Below are positions 12,252-22,452 of a DNA stretch of 64,000 bases, piece by piece. Made by a program: the position numbers and the translations under genes. The notes under the pieces were generated by a model. It was not told the origin of the DNA, ran no database searches, and worked only from the letters and a program-made list of their open reading frames with translations. Numbering within the stretch: position 1 is the first letter of the stretch; every line of letters starts with the position of its first letter. This stretch comes from Lepidodermella squamata (taxonomy: Eukaryota; Animalia; Gastrotricha). The stretch is from the NCBI GenBank assembly GCA_047495785.1, contig JBLDXI010000073.1, positions 248,001-312,000 of the forward strand. Reading direction: 5' to 3'.

Positions 12252-12607
12252 AGTGCACCACTGACGATGGCTGCTACTTTGAAAAAGAAAGCGATAATCG
12301 ATACGACAGGCAACTTCTTCCTCACTTCGTTATTTTTGTATTCATTGTTTGCCATATATTCAGGCATGCAGTGCTGGTAAAGCGGACGACTGACGATGCA
12401 ACATTCGGAAGGCTGCCGAAGAAGGGCAGCAAACATTTCCGAGATATGATGGATGCGTGCCTGGCCGTTACAGCAACAATCACTGGTCCACGATACAATG
12501 CGGCTGGTAAAGGGGTGGTGGCTCCAGCTCTTATTACCGTTGTTTTCCAAGCTGATTGTGAACTGAAAATTCGAAAACTAATCCAAAAATTAGGAGTTGT
12601 GCTGTAA
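12231..12607 (+). CDS. 5'-truncated HIRAN-like domain gene inside the Tigger element
   Basis: After removing a putative 54-nt GC-AG intron (12310-12363): FEKESDNRYDRHAVLVKR...FGRLPKKGSKHF...VTATITGPRYN...GVVAP, matching the recalled HIRAN pattern E-x-x-N-x-Y-D-x-x-A-V...G-x-L-P. Confidence 0.55.
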
Positions 12608-13625
12608 TTTATAAGTTGGAATAAAAAATGTCACGGCAACAATGCTTTTCGCTCTATTTTAACTGGGCCATATCTTTCAAAACTTCTATAACTGGTCCAG
12701 GTACAAATCTCCAAGGTGCTTAGCATCGGGAGCGAGAACAAGTAATGAGAAAGAAAAATGGAACAAACAGCACGAAAGACAAATAATGATGCCGCGGTGA
12801 ATACAATACACAAGTAGGAACAAGAGAATAACCCACCTTAACAAATAGCTCGCAAAAGTTTCGGATCTGGTTCAATTTTTAAATTAATTAATAAAGGAAG
12901 ATTTCAATTAATGTAAACCTGATCAGCCTTCTCAGGGCGAACGATTACTTCAAACTTGAACATACTGCCATTCATTCCACTTTTATCAGCTAGCGATTAG
13001 CAGCTAAGCAATAACAACACAGCGTTTTAGTTGAACTAATCGTTGACGCGTTGTCATGTTTACTGTTTGCTCAGCGCCATCTGGCTAGCAACTCGCTCAA
13101 ACTTAATCCCTGACTCATGTACAGCCCCCGTTATCTGTCTCCCTCGATAATTGCACGACCCTGGACCCGGCCCCCATGCAGATAGCGGGGGAGCACTGTA
13201 GTCCCAAGACTGAATTACATTTTTTATTTCACGTTTTTAATTTTTTCCAAGTTCGAATGAAATTACGCAGCTTATAAACGATTCATTTTTTCAAAACGAT
13301 TCAGATTTTTCCAGATGGGTACCTGATGAAACAAATAGTAGTCAGTGAGAGATCGATATGGCCAAACACTCATGCTGGCACGAGCAAAAAACACGCGACC
13401 GCCTACGCTAGCTGTTTTTTTGGCGGTTGCTCGCGTGCCTGTATACGCTTTTTTGCACGTGATTCACTGACAACTATTCATTACAAATTACATTCCAAAA
13501 CTGGGGGTGATAAGTTCGTTCGACCTTATTATCTTAGTTGGCTATCCGAGGCGGCAGACAGTCATAATCCCGCATTAAGGATTTCTGACGAATAATCTAT
13601 TTTCAAATAGCCAGACCTTCAACTG

Positions 13626-14288
13626 ATGTCAATTATATCAATTACAGGATCACGTTTGTTGTCTTGCATTGAACTTGCTCTTTTGGATACTTTGAAAATT
13701 CAATGGAATTCAAAAGCTTTGAGAATCAGATTTCCACGAGTTTCCTCGAAGTTTTCAGTCAAAGCTTCCCTAGCTATACTACTGATTGCAAGCCATGTTC
13801 AGCTTTCGGCTGCAGTTGTTGAGCAATGCTACCTGTGCATTCCAAGCAAGACTACTTATTGCGGAGATGTGAAAAACTACGAGGTGTTCAACTGCCCTCC
13901 AAACCACAATCACGGGTGTATCTTCTTCGACAGTGAACTGTGAGCATTTCATGTGTTTATTTGTTTTTGATGGTTCTTTATTTTTGATTTCAGGGAACCT
14001 GGGATACGCGGTTGCATCGATGAAACCGGTTGCATATCAAGTTTATTCGTGCATTGCTGCACGGAAGACCTGTGCAACAACCAAACAGTAACGCCACTAC
14101 CGACCACAATAAGTAGGATGATGGCGGAGAATGCTAATCCATTGGAACCCAGTCCTCAAGGTCCAAAGCCTTTTGATGAGGGGCTCTCTGGCATTGCAAT
14201 CGGCGTTATAGTTGGTGGTGTGTTACTAGCAGCAGTGGTATGTGGCGCATGTGTTTATGGCATCAGGAGATCGAGGAAGAAAACATGA
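13626..14288 (+). CDS. Ly6/uPAR three-finger type-I membrane protein, copy 2 (exons 13626-13939, 13994-14288)
   Basis: 10-Cys domain ending HCCTEDLCN, Thr/Pro stalk, TM GIAIGVIVGGVLLAAVVCGACVYGI, basic tail RRSRKKT. Start codon uncertain. Confidence 0.85.
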
Positions 14289-16524
14289 GACTGGTTTTGT
14301 TGGAGATTGTTTTAATGAGCTGCACCGATCAACTGACGATGAATGTTGATCAGTCTGAGTCGGGAAGCCACCCACTCGCACTTTCAAGAAAAATTCTACT
14401 GAGTTCAAATAATTCTTTTAAATAAAATAAAGTATGTGTATTTCCGCATTTTTCTTTACTACAGGGCGTCCGCGAAAAAATGCGCAGCTATTTCCAGTTT
14501 TGCATGTGTTTTTTGCCGTGAGGTGAAGCTAAAATGATTATTATTTCGCGAACACACTGTAATTTAACGCCAGTCAATGCATTTATCAATGCTTACTTAT
14601 AAGCTGTAGCCCGAGAAACCACGGGGCGAGGACTCAACCTCAACGCATAAACAGATTTCAAGGCCACTTTGATTTGAGACTTTGATATAATCATTCCATT
14701 AATTGCCCGACATTCTGGGTGAGAAGAGCCGGCAATGCATCCAGGAACCCGAGCTTTTTAACGCGAGCATTTTCGATTCTATCCCTTTTAGATGATATTT
14801 GCAGAGTTGATAGGTTCTTTCGATCAGGTCGCAAGAAACTCGCGGTCGCCCCAGCAGAAATCGTAAAAAAATCATAATATTATTAAAGATGAATCATGGA
14901 TAGTAACATACATATTATTATTTTACTATTACATAACAATTCTTTTACTACTCTTCAAATTCTCATGTTATCATTATTTTTTTCTAGGATAAGTGTTCTT
15001 CAGTATTTGATGGCACGATGCGAGGCAAAAAATCCATTCAGCTTTTTACTTGTAGATAAATAGTGCTTTTTTATGTGCGCCTGTAGCCTGTTGTTGAAGG
15101 CGGAACAGCAAACTTAAACACTCGGGTAAGAATTGGACACTCCTTTCCCCGCCTGATGACAAATGAACAAGCCTAGTCGTTCCTTCTGCCGATTTGCCTA
15201 CGATATGAATTCATAATCGTCAAAAAAGGCATATGAGCCTCCATTGAGATTCTTTGAAGTTTTGTAAAAAGTGCCGCATTCAGAGGGTGTCGTAAGAGTA
15301 AAAAACGAACTTTTAGCGACTCTCGGGATCTTTGCCACCCGATCATTGAGCTTGAAAACTTGCTGAAAGCTGGATTAATCTATCTTTTGCGGCCAAGTAG
15401 GTTCGCGGAGCCAAAAACGCGCCTCTTTCACTAGCTCAGCTTCTTCTCGCTTTGATAAAGAACGTTGGCGAAGGAAAGATCAACGCAAAAAGCCTGCCAA
15501 AAAGCCATACGTTTTCAGCAGCAAACGACACGATTTGTATTCGTTCCGCACACAAATTGGGACATTTAGTCTCGAACGAGTGCCGAACGGGTCCTGGATG
15601 GGCGGGGAACAGGTGCGGGATGAGTGCGGAAGAAGTGCGGAACAGGTCCGGATTTTAGCGAGTGATCAACGCCGAATTTGGTGCAGTGGCATGATTGTCA
15701 ACTCGCTCCAACTTGATCCCAGCTCCCATCAGGTGTCTCCCTCGATAATTGCATGACCCTGAGCCCGAGCTCGAGCACTCTGTTACACTAGTCACACACT
15801 TTTTGAGCGTTATGTGTTGCTGGAGCCAATGAATCATATCTTATCTTTCAACATGTACCACATGCCCCCTTGTTCTCATGCCCAGCCCTCTTCTGCACTC
15901 ACTTTTTTCTTGTTTGCTTATCCAAATATAGGTTTACGATTACGTAATGTTGCATCAGTTTGGCTGATAGCAAGATTTCACAGCTTCTGAATCAGGAAAT
16001 TGTTATGCTGTGTGAAAATTACGATGAATATTATTGCAGGAATCGCAGCAGCGATGAATAACGCAAGACCTTCAGGTGATCCTCTCCTGACTGATCCGAG
16101 CAGCTTACTCTGGGAAACGGAGTTCTCAGAGTTCAAAATGACAATGGTTTTCGTGGGAGAATGTCATGATGGCAAGAAAAAGCCGGATCCCTGGCTGGAC
16201 AATCAGTATTCCGAATTCGATTTAGACTTCCATTTTTCCGGCATATTTCTTGTGGATAGTAAAAATGGAAAAATTAACTTCGCAGTGCCGATTCGTTGTA
16301 TCGATCGAAATAGCGATAATATTTTAGAAGCATCGCAATCAAGCGGAACAAATTCGTTTTTCACAGGAATTTACATGGCAATAATATCAGTACCAATTCT
16401 ATCAATCACAGGATGGCGTTGGTTTTCTAGCATTGCCCTTGCTCTATTGTACGGTTTAAAAATTGAATCGAATTATATCAAAGCTCGGAGCAAGCCATTT
16501 CCACTTGTTTCCTCGAAATCTACA

Positions 16525-17001
16525 ATGAACTTGGTTAAAGCTTCTTTGGCAGCACTATTTGTTGCAAGCCAAGTTCAGCTGTCAGCCGCAGCTGTTAAGC
16601 AGTGTTACCTGTGCATTCCAAGCGAGAGAATTTATTGCGGACATCCGATTAACTATGAGGTGTTTAACTGCCCTTCAAATTTCAATCATGGATGCATTTT
16701 CTTCGACAGCGAACTGTGAGCATTTGGTCATTTTATCTTGTTTTAAATTTTGAATTTCAGGGAACCCGGTATCCGTGGATGCATCGATGAGAAGGGATGC
16801 ATATCAAGTACATTTGTGCATTGCTGCACGAAAGACCTTTGCAACAACCAAACAGTTACGCCGCTTCCGACTACGAGGAAGATGGCGGCAACATTGGAAC
16901 CCAGTCTGAAAGACGCCACAACTTCTGATGCGGGGAACTCTGGTTTAGCTATCGCCGATACAATTTTGGGGGCGTTAATAGTGGCAGTGACATTGGTCTG
17001 A
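16525..17001 (+). CDS. Ly6/uPAR three-finger protein, copy 3 (exons 16525-16715, 16761-17001); stop at the end of the hydrophobic segment
   Basis: MNLVKASLAALFVASQVQLSAA signal, 10 Cys, HCCTKDLCN; ends ...NSGLAIADTILGALIVAVTLV*. Alternative in-frame ATG at 16375. Confidence 0.8.
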
Positions 17002-17695
17002 GGTGTTTTTGCATATAAGTAGATCGCGAAGGAAAAAGTAAGGAAGGAAACATCAAGCAAAATTGTTTTCGCTGGAGATTACTTCAATGACAAGAGTGAG
17101 ACTACAGATTTAACAAATCGATCAACAGACACGGAGGATAGCAAGGAGAAGGAGCGATTATTCATATCTACGCCCTTAACTAACTATTAGCTTGCAATCT
17201 AATTATTGCTTGCAATTATTTTGTTTCCATTCTGATCTTCGAGGGCGATCAGTACAGTGAAAATCAAAAGTTACGCACGGTCGAGAATTTGTTGAGTTGA
17301 AACAAAAAGTATCTCACACGCGCCTAAACTATTTTTAGCTCTATGCTTGGGTTAAACCCATATGAAAATAAAAAGTGTAAATTATTGAGCCTCACTTGTC
17401 TCAATTTTAAGCTCCTTGCAGGCCTTGTTGTAAAGAGGTAAAAACCTTGTTTTTTTAGGTCTGAATTGATGTTGTTTTTAACCGGATGTTTTCAATTTAC
17501 AATCTAGTCCAAAAATTCTACGCCGAGCACTTACCAAGTTAGTCAACGTTGTCTTTGAATATTTCGCTGTAGAAGGTATCTCATCAATATTACAGCATCA
17601 ATTTAAACATGATATACGAAAAATACACTTTGAATAAAGCTGCACGTTTACGCGCACACGAAGAAGGTTTTGTTGGTTTTTCTTAAACTTACAAA

Positions 17696-20431
17696 ATGCG
17701 CCACCCATTAGCTTCAATAATCGCCTTCCTCGGGCTGATATTCAGAGTAGTGGTTTCCCAAGACGATTTCGAATGCGGTGCTTTGAACCCTACTCCTATG
17801 CCGAAAATAAAAGGCCCAGGCAGTCAGCCAGCGGGAGCACATGAGTTTCCGTGGCTGGTTTGTTTCAATTAAACATTAATTCAATTCGAAGCGAACAGGA
17901 TGTATGCCGCAGGTCCTCCTTGAGATCGAGTTCAGCGGCGATACATTACCATCAAATTGCGGAGCGTCTCTCATCTCGAAGCAGTGGCTGATAACAGCTG
18001 CTCATTGCGTTAGGGAGCCCGGAAAGACTCTTATTTCGTTAGTCTTTTAATGAATTCTCCAGTTCGATAGTCTTCGTTCTCTTTGAACAGGATCAAAGCC
18101 AAGCTAGGTCGCCATAATTTCACAGTTCGTTCAGAGGCGGCGTCTCGCGAATCCCAAGTAGCTCTGCCTGCTTTGCTCCATCCACGCTACAACGGGAGTC
18201 AAAATTTGAACGACTTTGATTTCGCTCTCTTGCGACTAGTGAGTCCAGTTCCTGAATTCACTCCGCAGATCAAACCGATATGTCTCACCTTCGCAAACAG
18301 TATGTCTCACCGCCGCACAACCAAAAACTACGCTCTCTGAGCTAGTCAGTGAACGAAGTAATGATGTTACAGTACCTGCCCCTCTCTCACCTCGAAAGGT
18401 CCAAGCAGGAAACCCCTGAAAGCCACAAGGAACACTTTGGTCAGATGAATTCGGGGATAAAAATATTCAAACGAATTCCACCTCGCTAACAGTAAATTTT
18501 GAAGGATTTTCGCTAAAACGCGATCCCAAACCCTAAAAAATCTCTCAATATCCGCGAATTGTTAAATAACCTTTAGCTATAGCCCAAGTGCTTTCTCGTG
18601 TTTCAGCTAAACTATCTGAGATCCCGAGAAAGCTGGATCTCCAGGTACGATCGTACCGGAATTGCTCGCTTGAGTATTCCCGCAGGAGCTCGGATCCGGT
18701 CACTATCACTGACTCGAAGATGTGTTTCGCTGCCGATAAAAGCGACGTTTGCTATGGCGATTCTGGGGGCCCTCTCATGTGTATGAAATCGAGACAGACT
18801 TACCTGCTTGGCGTAATTTCTAATGGCGATGATACATGTAACGGATACTTTCCTGGCCTCTACAGCAGGGTCTGCAAGGTTCTTGATTGGATTTCGGGAA
18901 AAACAGCAGATAATCGCAGCCAGACGGGTACACCAGAGCATTCCTGTCCTGTGCTAAGCATATCGGCGGGAATTGTGACTCGTGTGGATCCGGAGGACAA
19001 TGGCGAAGTTCTAGGGCCTGGGACTGCAGTGGAAAGAGGAGCTGTTAGCGTTAAGTGCAACCCCGGTTACACCTATTCATCCTGCACATTTACGGATCCG
19101 CGGTGGTTTCCTCCGGCCACTAAAACGCCGTGAAAGGCAATTTTTCTCTAACAATTATTTGATTGCACGCTTTTGGTCAATTCAAAAATGAACGCAGGAG
19201 TCGCATTAATGATTCGAGGAAATGCTGTCATAACGTGTCAAACTAACGCTACCTGGTCCCAGCCTGGTTTTTGCGTCCCCAGGCAGCGAAGACCTGTAAG
19301 TTGACAATGAAGATCAGCAAAGTCGAATGTCATTACATTAATACTTGAGTTGAATGGTGAGCGATGCAAAAAGCCGAGTAAGCGTCGCAAATTTTGAGTA
19401 GCAAACTTTAGACTATGCTAGTATAAACCGGACATGTACAGCCCGAGTAAATTGTAGGGCCGAGTATCCGTGTCGCCGATCTATAAAAAGCTCGCATGAG
19501 TTGCATAAGTTGCATGAATCTCAACTCGCTTATGTATGCCTGTTCTGGCGTTTAGGTCCGTGAAGTGTACGAGCAGTTGTGGAATGTAACAGCCTCTACG
19601 GCCGACCTGGCGCAGGTGCGGCAACTCGTTGCGGAGATCGACGAATCCACTGGCGGCAAGTTTGACCCGAACTGGCGCCACCAAAACAAGTATGACTGCG
19701 GTGGTTGGGATGTGGTGAATGGCACCCTGCTTCACAGCGTCACGTGCAATCGGACGCAATCAGACCAACGACTGCAAATTGCTCAGCTGCTCGTAAATCG
19801 TGGAACTGACGTGAATTCCACGGAGAATAGCAATGGCTTAACGGCGTTGATGTATGCAGCTAGGAATGGGCACGTCGAGGTGGTTCGACTTTTGCTGGAT
19901 AGCAACGCTGCAATCGACGCCAAGACTACCTTTGGCAGTACAGCGTTGAATCTTGCTGCTGGGGAAGGGCACGTTGAGGTTGTTCGAGTGTTGCTAGATC
20001 ACAACGCTGCCATCGAGGCCAAGGATAACGATGGCGCAACGGCGTTAGCGAATGCGGCTTGGAGAGGGCAAGCTGACGTGGTTCGACTGTTGCTGGATCG
20101 CAACGCCGCCATCGAGTCAACAGTAAACGCTGGCTGGACGCCGGTTATGTTGGCGGCTGGATCTGGGCAACCCGACGTTGTTGAACTTTTGCTGGATCGC
20201 AAAGCTGACATCGAGGCTAAGAATGCCTACAATGGCTGGACGCCGTTAATGCACGCGGCCTCGATTGGACAGCTGGGAGTAGTTGCGCAGTTGCTGGATA
20301 GAGGGGCAAATAAAGATGCTAGAAGTTCAGACGGCAAGACAGCTCTCGATATTGCAATTTGCTGGAATAAAACCGCGGCGGCCGACTTGCTGAGGTCGCG
20401 AGGAGCAAGTAGAGCAAAGGCATCGTGTTAA
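17696..20431 (+). pseudogene. Serine protease-sushi-ankyrin gene, copy A (probably damaged)
   Basis: Exons 17696-17857, 17913-18037, 18091-18299, 18607-~19080, ~19211-19295, 19556-20431 parallel copy B. TAAHC/DFALL/GDSGG present, but a ~29-aa in-frame deletion removes the GWG region and the sushi1/sushi2 junction is replaced by unrelated sequence with a stop at 19133. The ankyrin exon is intact. Confidence 0.8.
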
Positions 20432-20937
20432 ATTCCCGTTTTTGTTCCAGAATTCAGAATGTATTCTTTTTTTCAAATTACCAAGGGCGACATAAATTTG
20501 TTCTTTATCTTCACTCTGAATTTGATTAATATGTTAGAGAATGCTCGAAGATTGTTTTACTGAGGAATAAATTCAAATTTTGTTATTAGCCATGTGGTTA
20601 ATTGAATTTAGAGGCGACGCAATCTAATAGCCGAAAGTCTTTAGATTACCAGTTTGCCTGAATTGTTTCAGTCCAGCCGTTCAGCGATAATTTCGTGGCA
20701 AAAACAAGGCTAATGGTGTTGCTAGTGCTATTTTTGACCGGGGCGAAAATAGTTTGAGAACCACTGGCATAAAAACTTCACTTCTGAACCGAAGCTGCAT
20801 ACTCACTTAATTGTCGTCCTATTGGCTTCAGACTTCGTGGATTCAAGCGAGCAAAACCTAATCTCACTGTGATTCTTCGTACACTACCTAATTACAGGAA
20901 TTTGGCAGCCCGAAATCGCCCAAATTCTTAACCTATA

Positions 20938-22032
20938 CAGTGTGGTCTGAAAATAGTAAAGAACGCGCATTTCTTCTAATAATTGCGTTTTCAGATAATG
21001 ATCACGAGGCTAATCAATTTTTTCAATCTATTGATCAGCTTCAATTCAATGGCGCACATCTGATTAGCCAATTTCGAGGAAAGAAATAAAATCAGTCCTT
21101 ATAATTTAAAAATCATAAAAACAAAATTGTAATTTGAAATACGGATTAAGAGAGGAGATGCTATGTTAAAGAGAAGGTTTCTGGTTGCACCTGCATGCTC
21201 AATGAAAGATGACCAAAAATATCAAAGACCTTTCCTATATGTATGAAGTTTTCTCCAAGCACAGCCCTGTAAGCGGAAAAGCAAAAGTTAGACTAACCCT
21301 TACGAAGGAGTCATCGTGCAGGTAGATCTTCGCTAAGCGTGTGTCCCTACCGCCAATGTTGCCGAATTCACAAATATTTCAATGATAAAAAAGGAGATTT
21401 GCAGGTCAGGAAATTTTAACAGCGAAAATTTCTCAGGTTTTCAAACTGTTAATAACAAGTTCAACAATACCTTAAAAAAGCTCTTTAAATTCGTCTTCTA
21501 CAGAAGAATTCCAATTAATTTGAAGTTCAAACCTTTCGTAAATACTTTGACATTTACGTAGAATTAGCTCTTTTTTCCTAGATTCGCGTTTTCACCTTCA
21601 CTACTACCTCACCTCAATCACTAACTAGGACAGGTAATTGAAGGTATGAAAAGGCATATTATTTTTCTTGTCACAAAAATAAGTCCTAATCATTGTATTA
21701 GAACATTTCCCTTTTTCAAATTTTCTTCCGGGCTTGGGTAAGGACTCTTCTCTTACTGCGTGTCTCCTTCACGGATATGCGATTCGGGAACTCTGACCCG
21801 CGTTAGTTTATTGCTTCGATAAACTGGTTTCTGAATTCTTTTTAATGAAGTCAATTTCCATTTAAAATAATCTTTTTGAAAATGGAAAAAGCAGATGATG
21901 GAGAAAATGAACTCCAACTACTGCGTAGCTACAAGGTCATGTGCCCATCACATGATAACCATGATTCAATTTAATTTTCAACTACGATTCGCGAATTTTA
22001 AGTCGCAGCTTTACTAGTTTCAGACCACACTG
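20938..22032. mobile_element. Tc1/mariner-type non-autonomous element
   Basis: TA-CAGTGTGGTCTGAAAATAGTAAAG ... CTTTACTAGTTTCAGACCACACTG-TA; no long ORF. Confidence 0.8.
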
Positions 22033-22452
22033 TATATCGTTAGCGACGTTGAATAACTCGGATTTAGGCTTGTTTACATCCGTTTAAAGGTCACGGGTGA
22101 CAAGAAAAAGCTTCATTTTTTAGCGTGAAAGAAGGGACAAAAACAAAAGACTTTTTACTTGTCACATATCACCTTAAAATGGAAGTAGATAAGCCCAAAT
22201 CCGAGTTATTGAACGTCGCCCTGATTTGCTGGGTACCGCGCCGAGCTACAATATAGCCATAGAATTTAATGCCTACTTATGTCTATGCGCTCTTTGAATA
22301 TTATGTTCTACACATAACAATATCTCATCACTATTACAAACAACACGATTTAATCATTATAAACATTTAAACATTGAATAAAGCTGCACGTTAACACACA
22401 CACACACAAAGACGGCTTTGCCTAGATTTTGTTGGCTTTTCTTGAATTGAAA

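Larger units (their letters stand above)
10248..13198 (+). mobile_element. Tigger/pogo-family DNA transposon, internally deleted
   Basis: 22-bp TIRs CAGTGCTCCCCCG(T/C)TATCTGCA (21/22 match), TA duplication, internal pogo-type transposase. Confidence 0.92.
9762..13208. mobile_element. MITE (CTTGGGACTAATAGCAGTAT... family) whose right TIR is interrupted by the Tigger element
   Basis: Left arm 9762-9895, right arm 10113-10247, with the terminal GTCCCAAG displaced to 13201-13208. An uninterrupted family member lies at ~30755-31112. Confidence 0.7.

Noticed and set aside
13830-14080. Cys-rich ectodomains as TGF-beta/activin receptor genes
   Set aside because: Same fold class, but the genes end after a short cytoplasmic tail with no kinase exons nearby.
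16000-16374. Long N-terminal part of the 239-aa ORF as a Ly6 extension
   Set aside because: Not shared by other paralogs, starts at a non-ATG codon, no recognisable domain; probably chance read-through.
19565-20431. Ankyrin ORFs (also 24274-25020) as stand-alone bacterial genes or contamination
   Set aside because: They lack ATG starts, begin at conserved splice acceptors and join upstream eukaryotic exons in frame.
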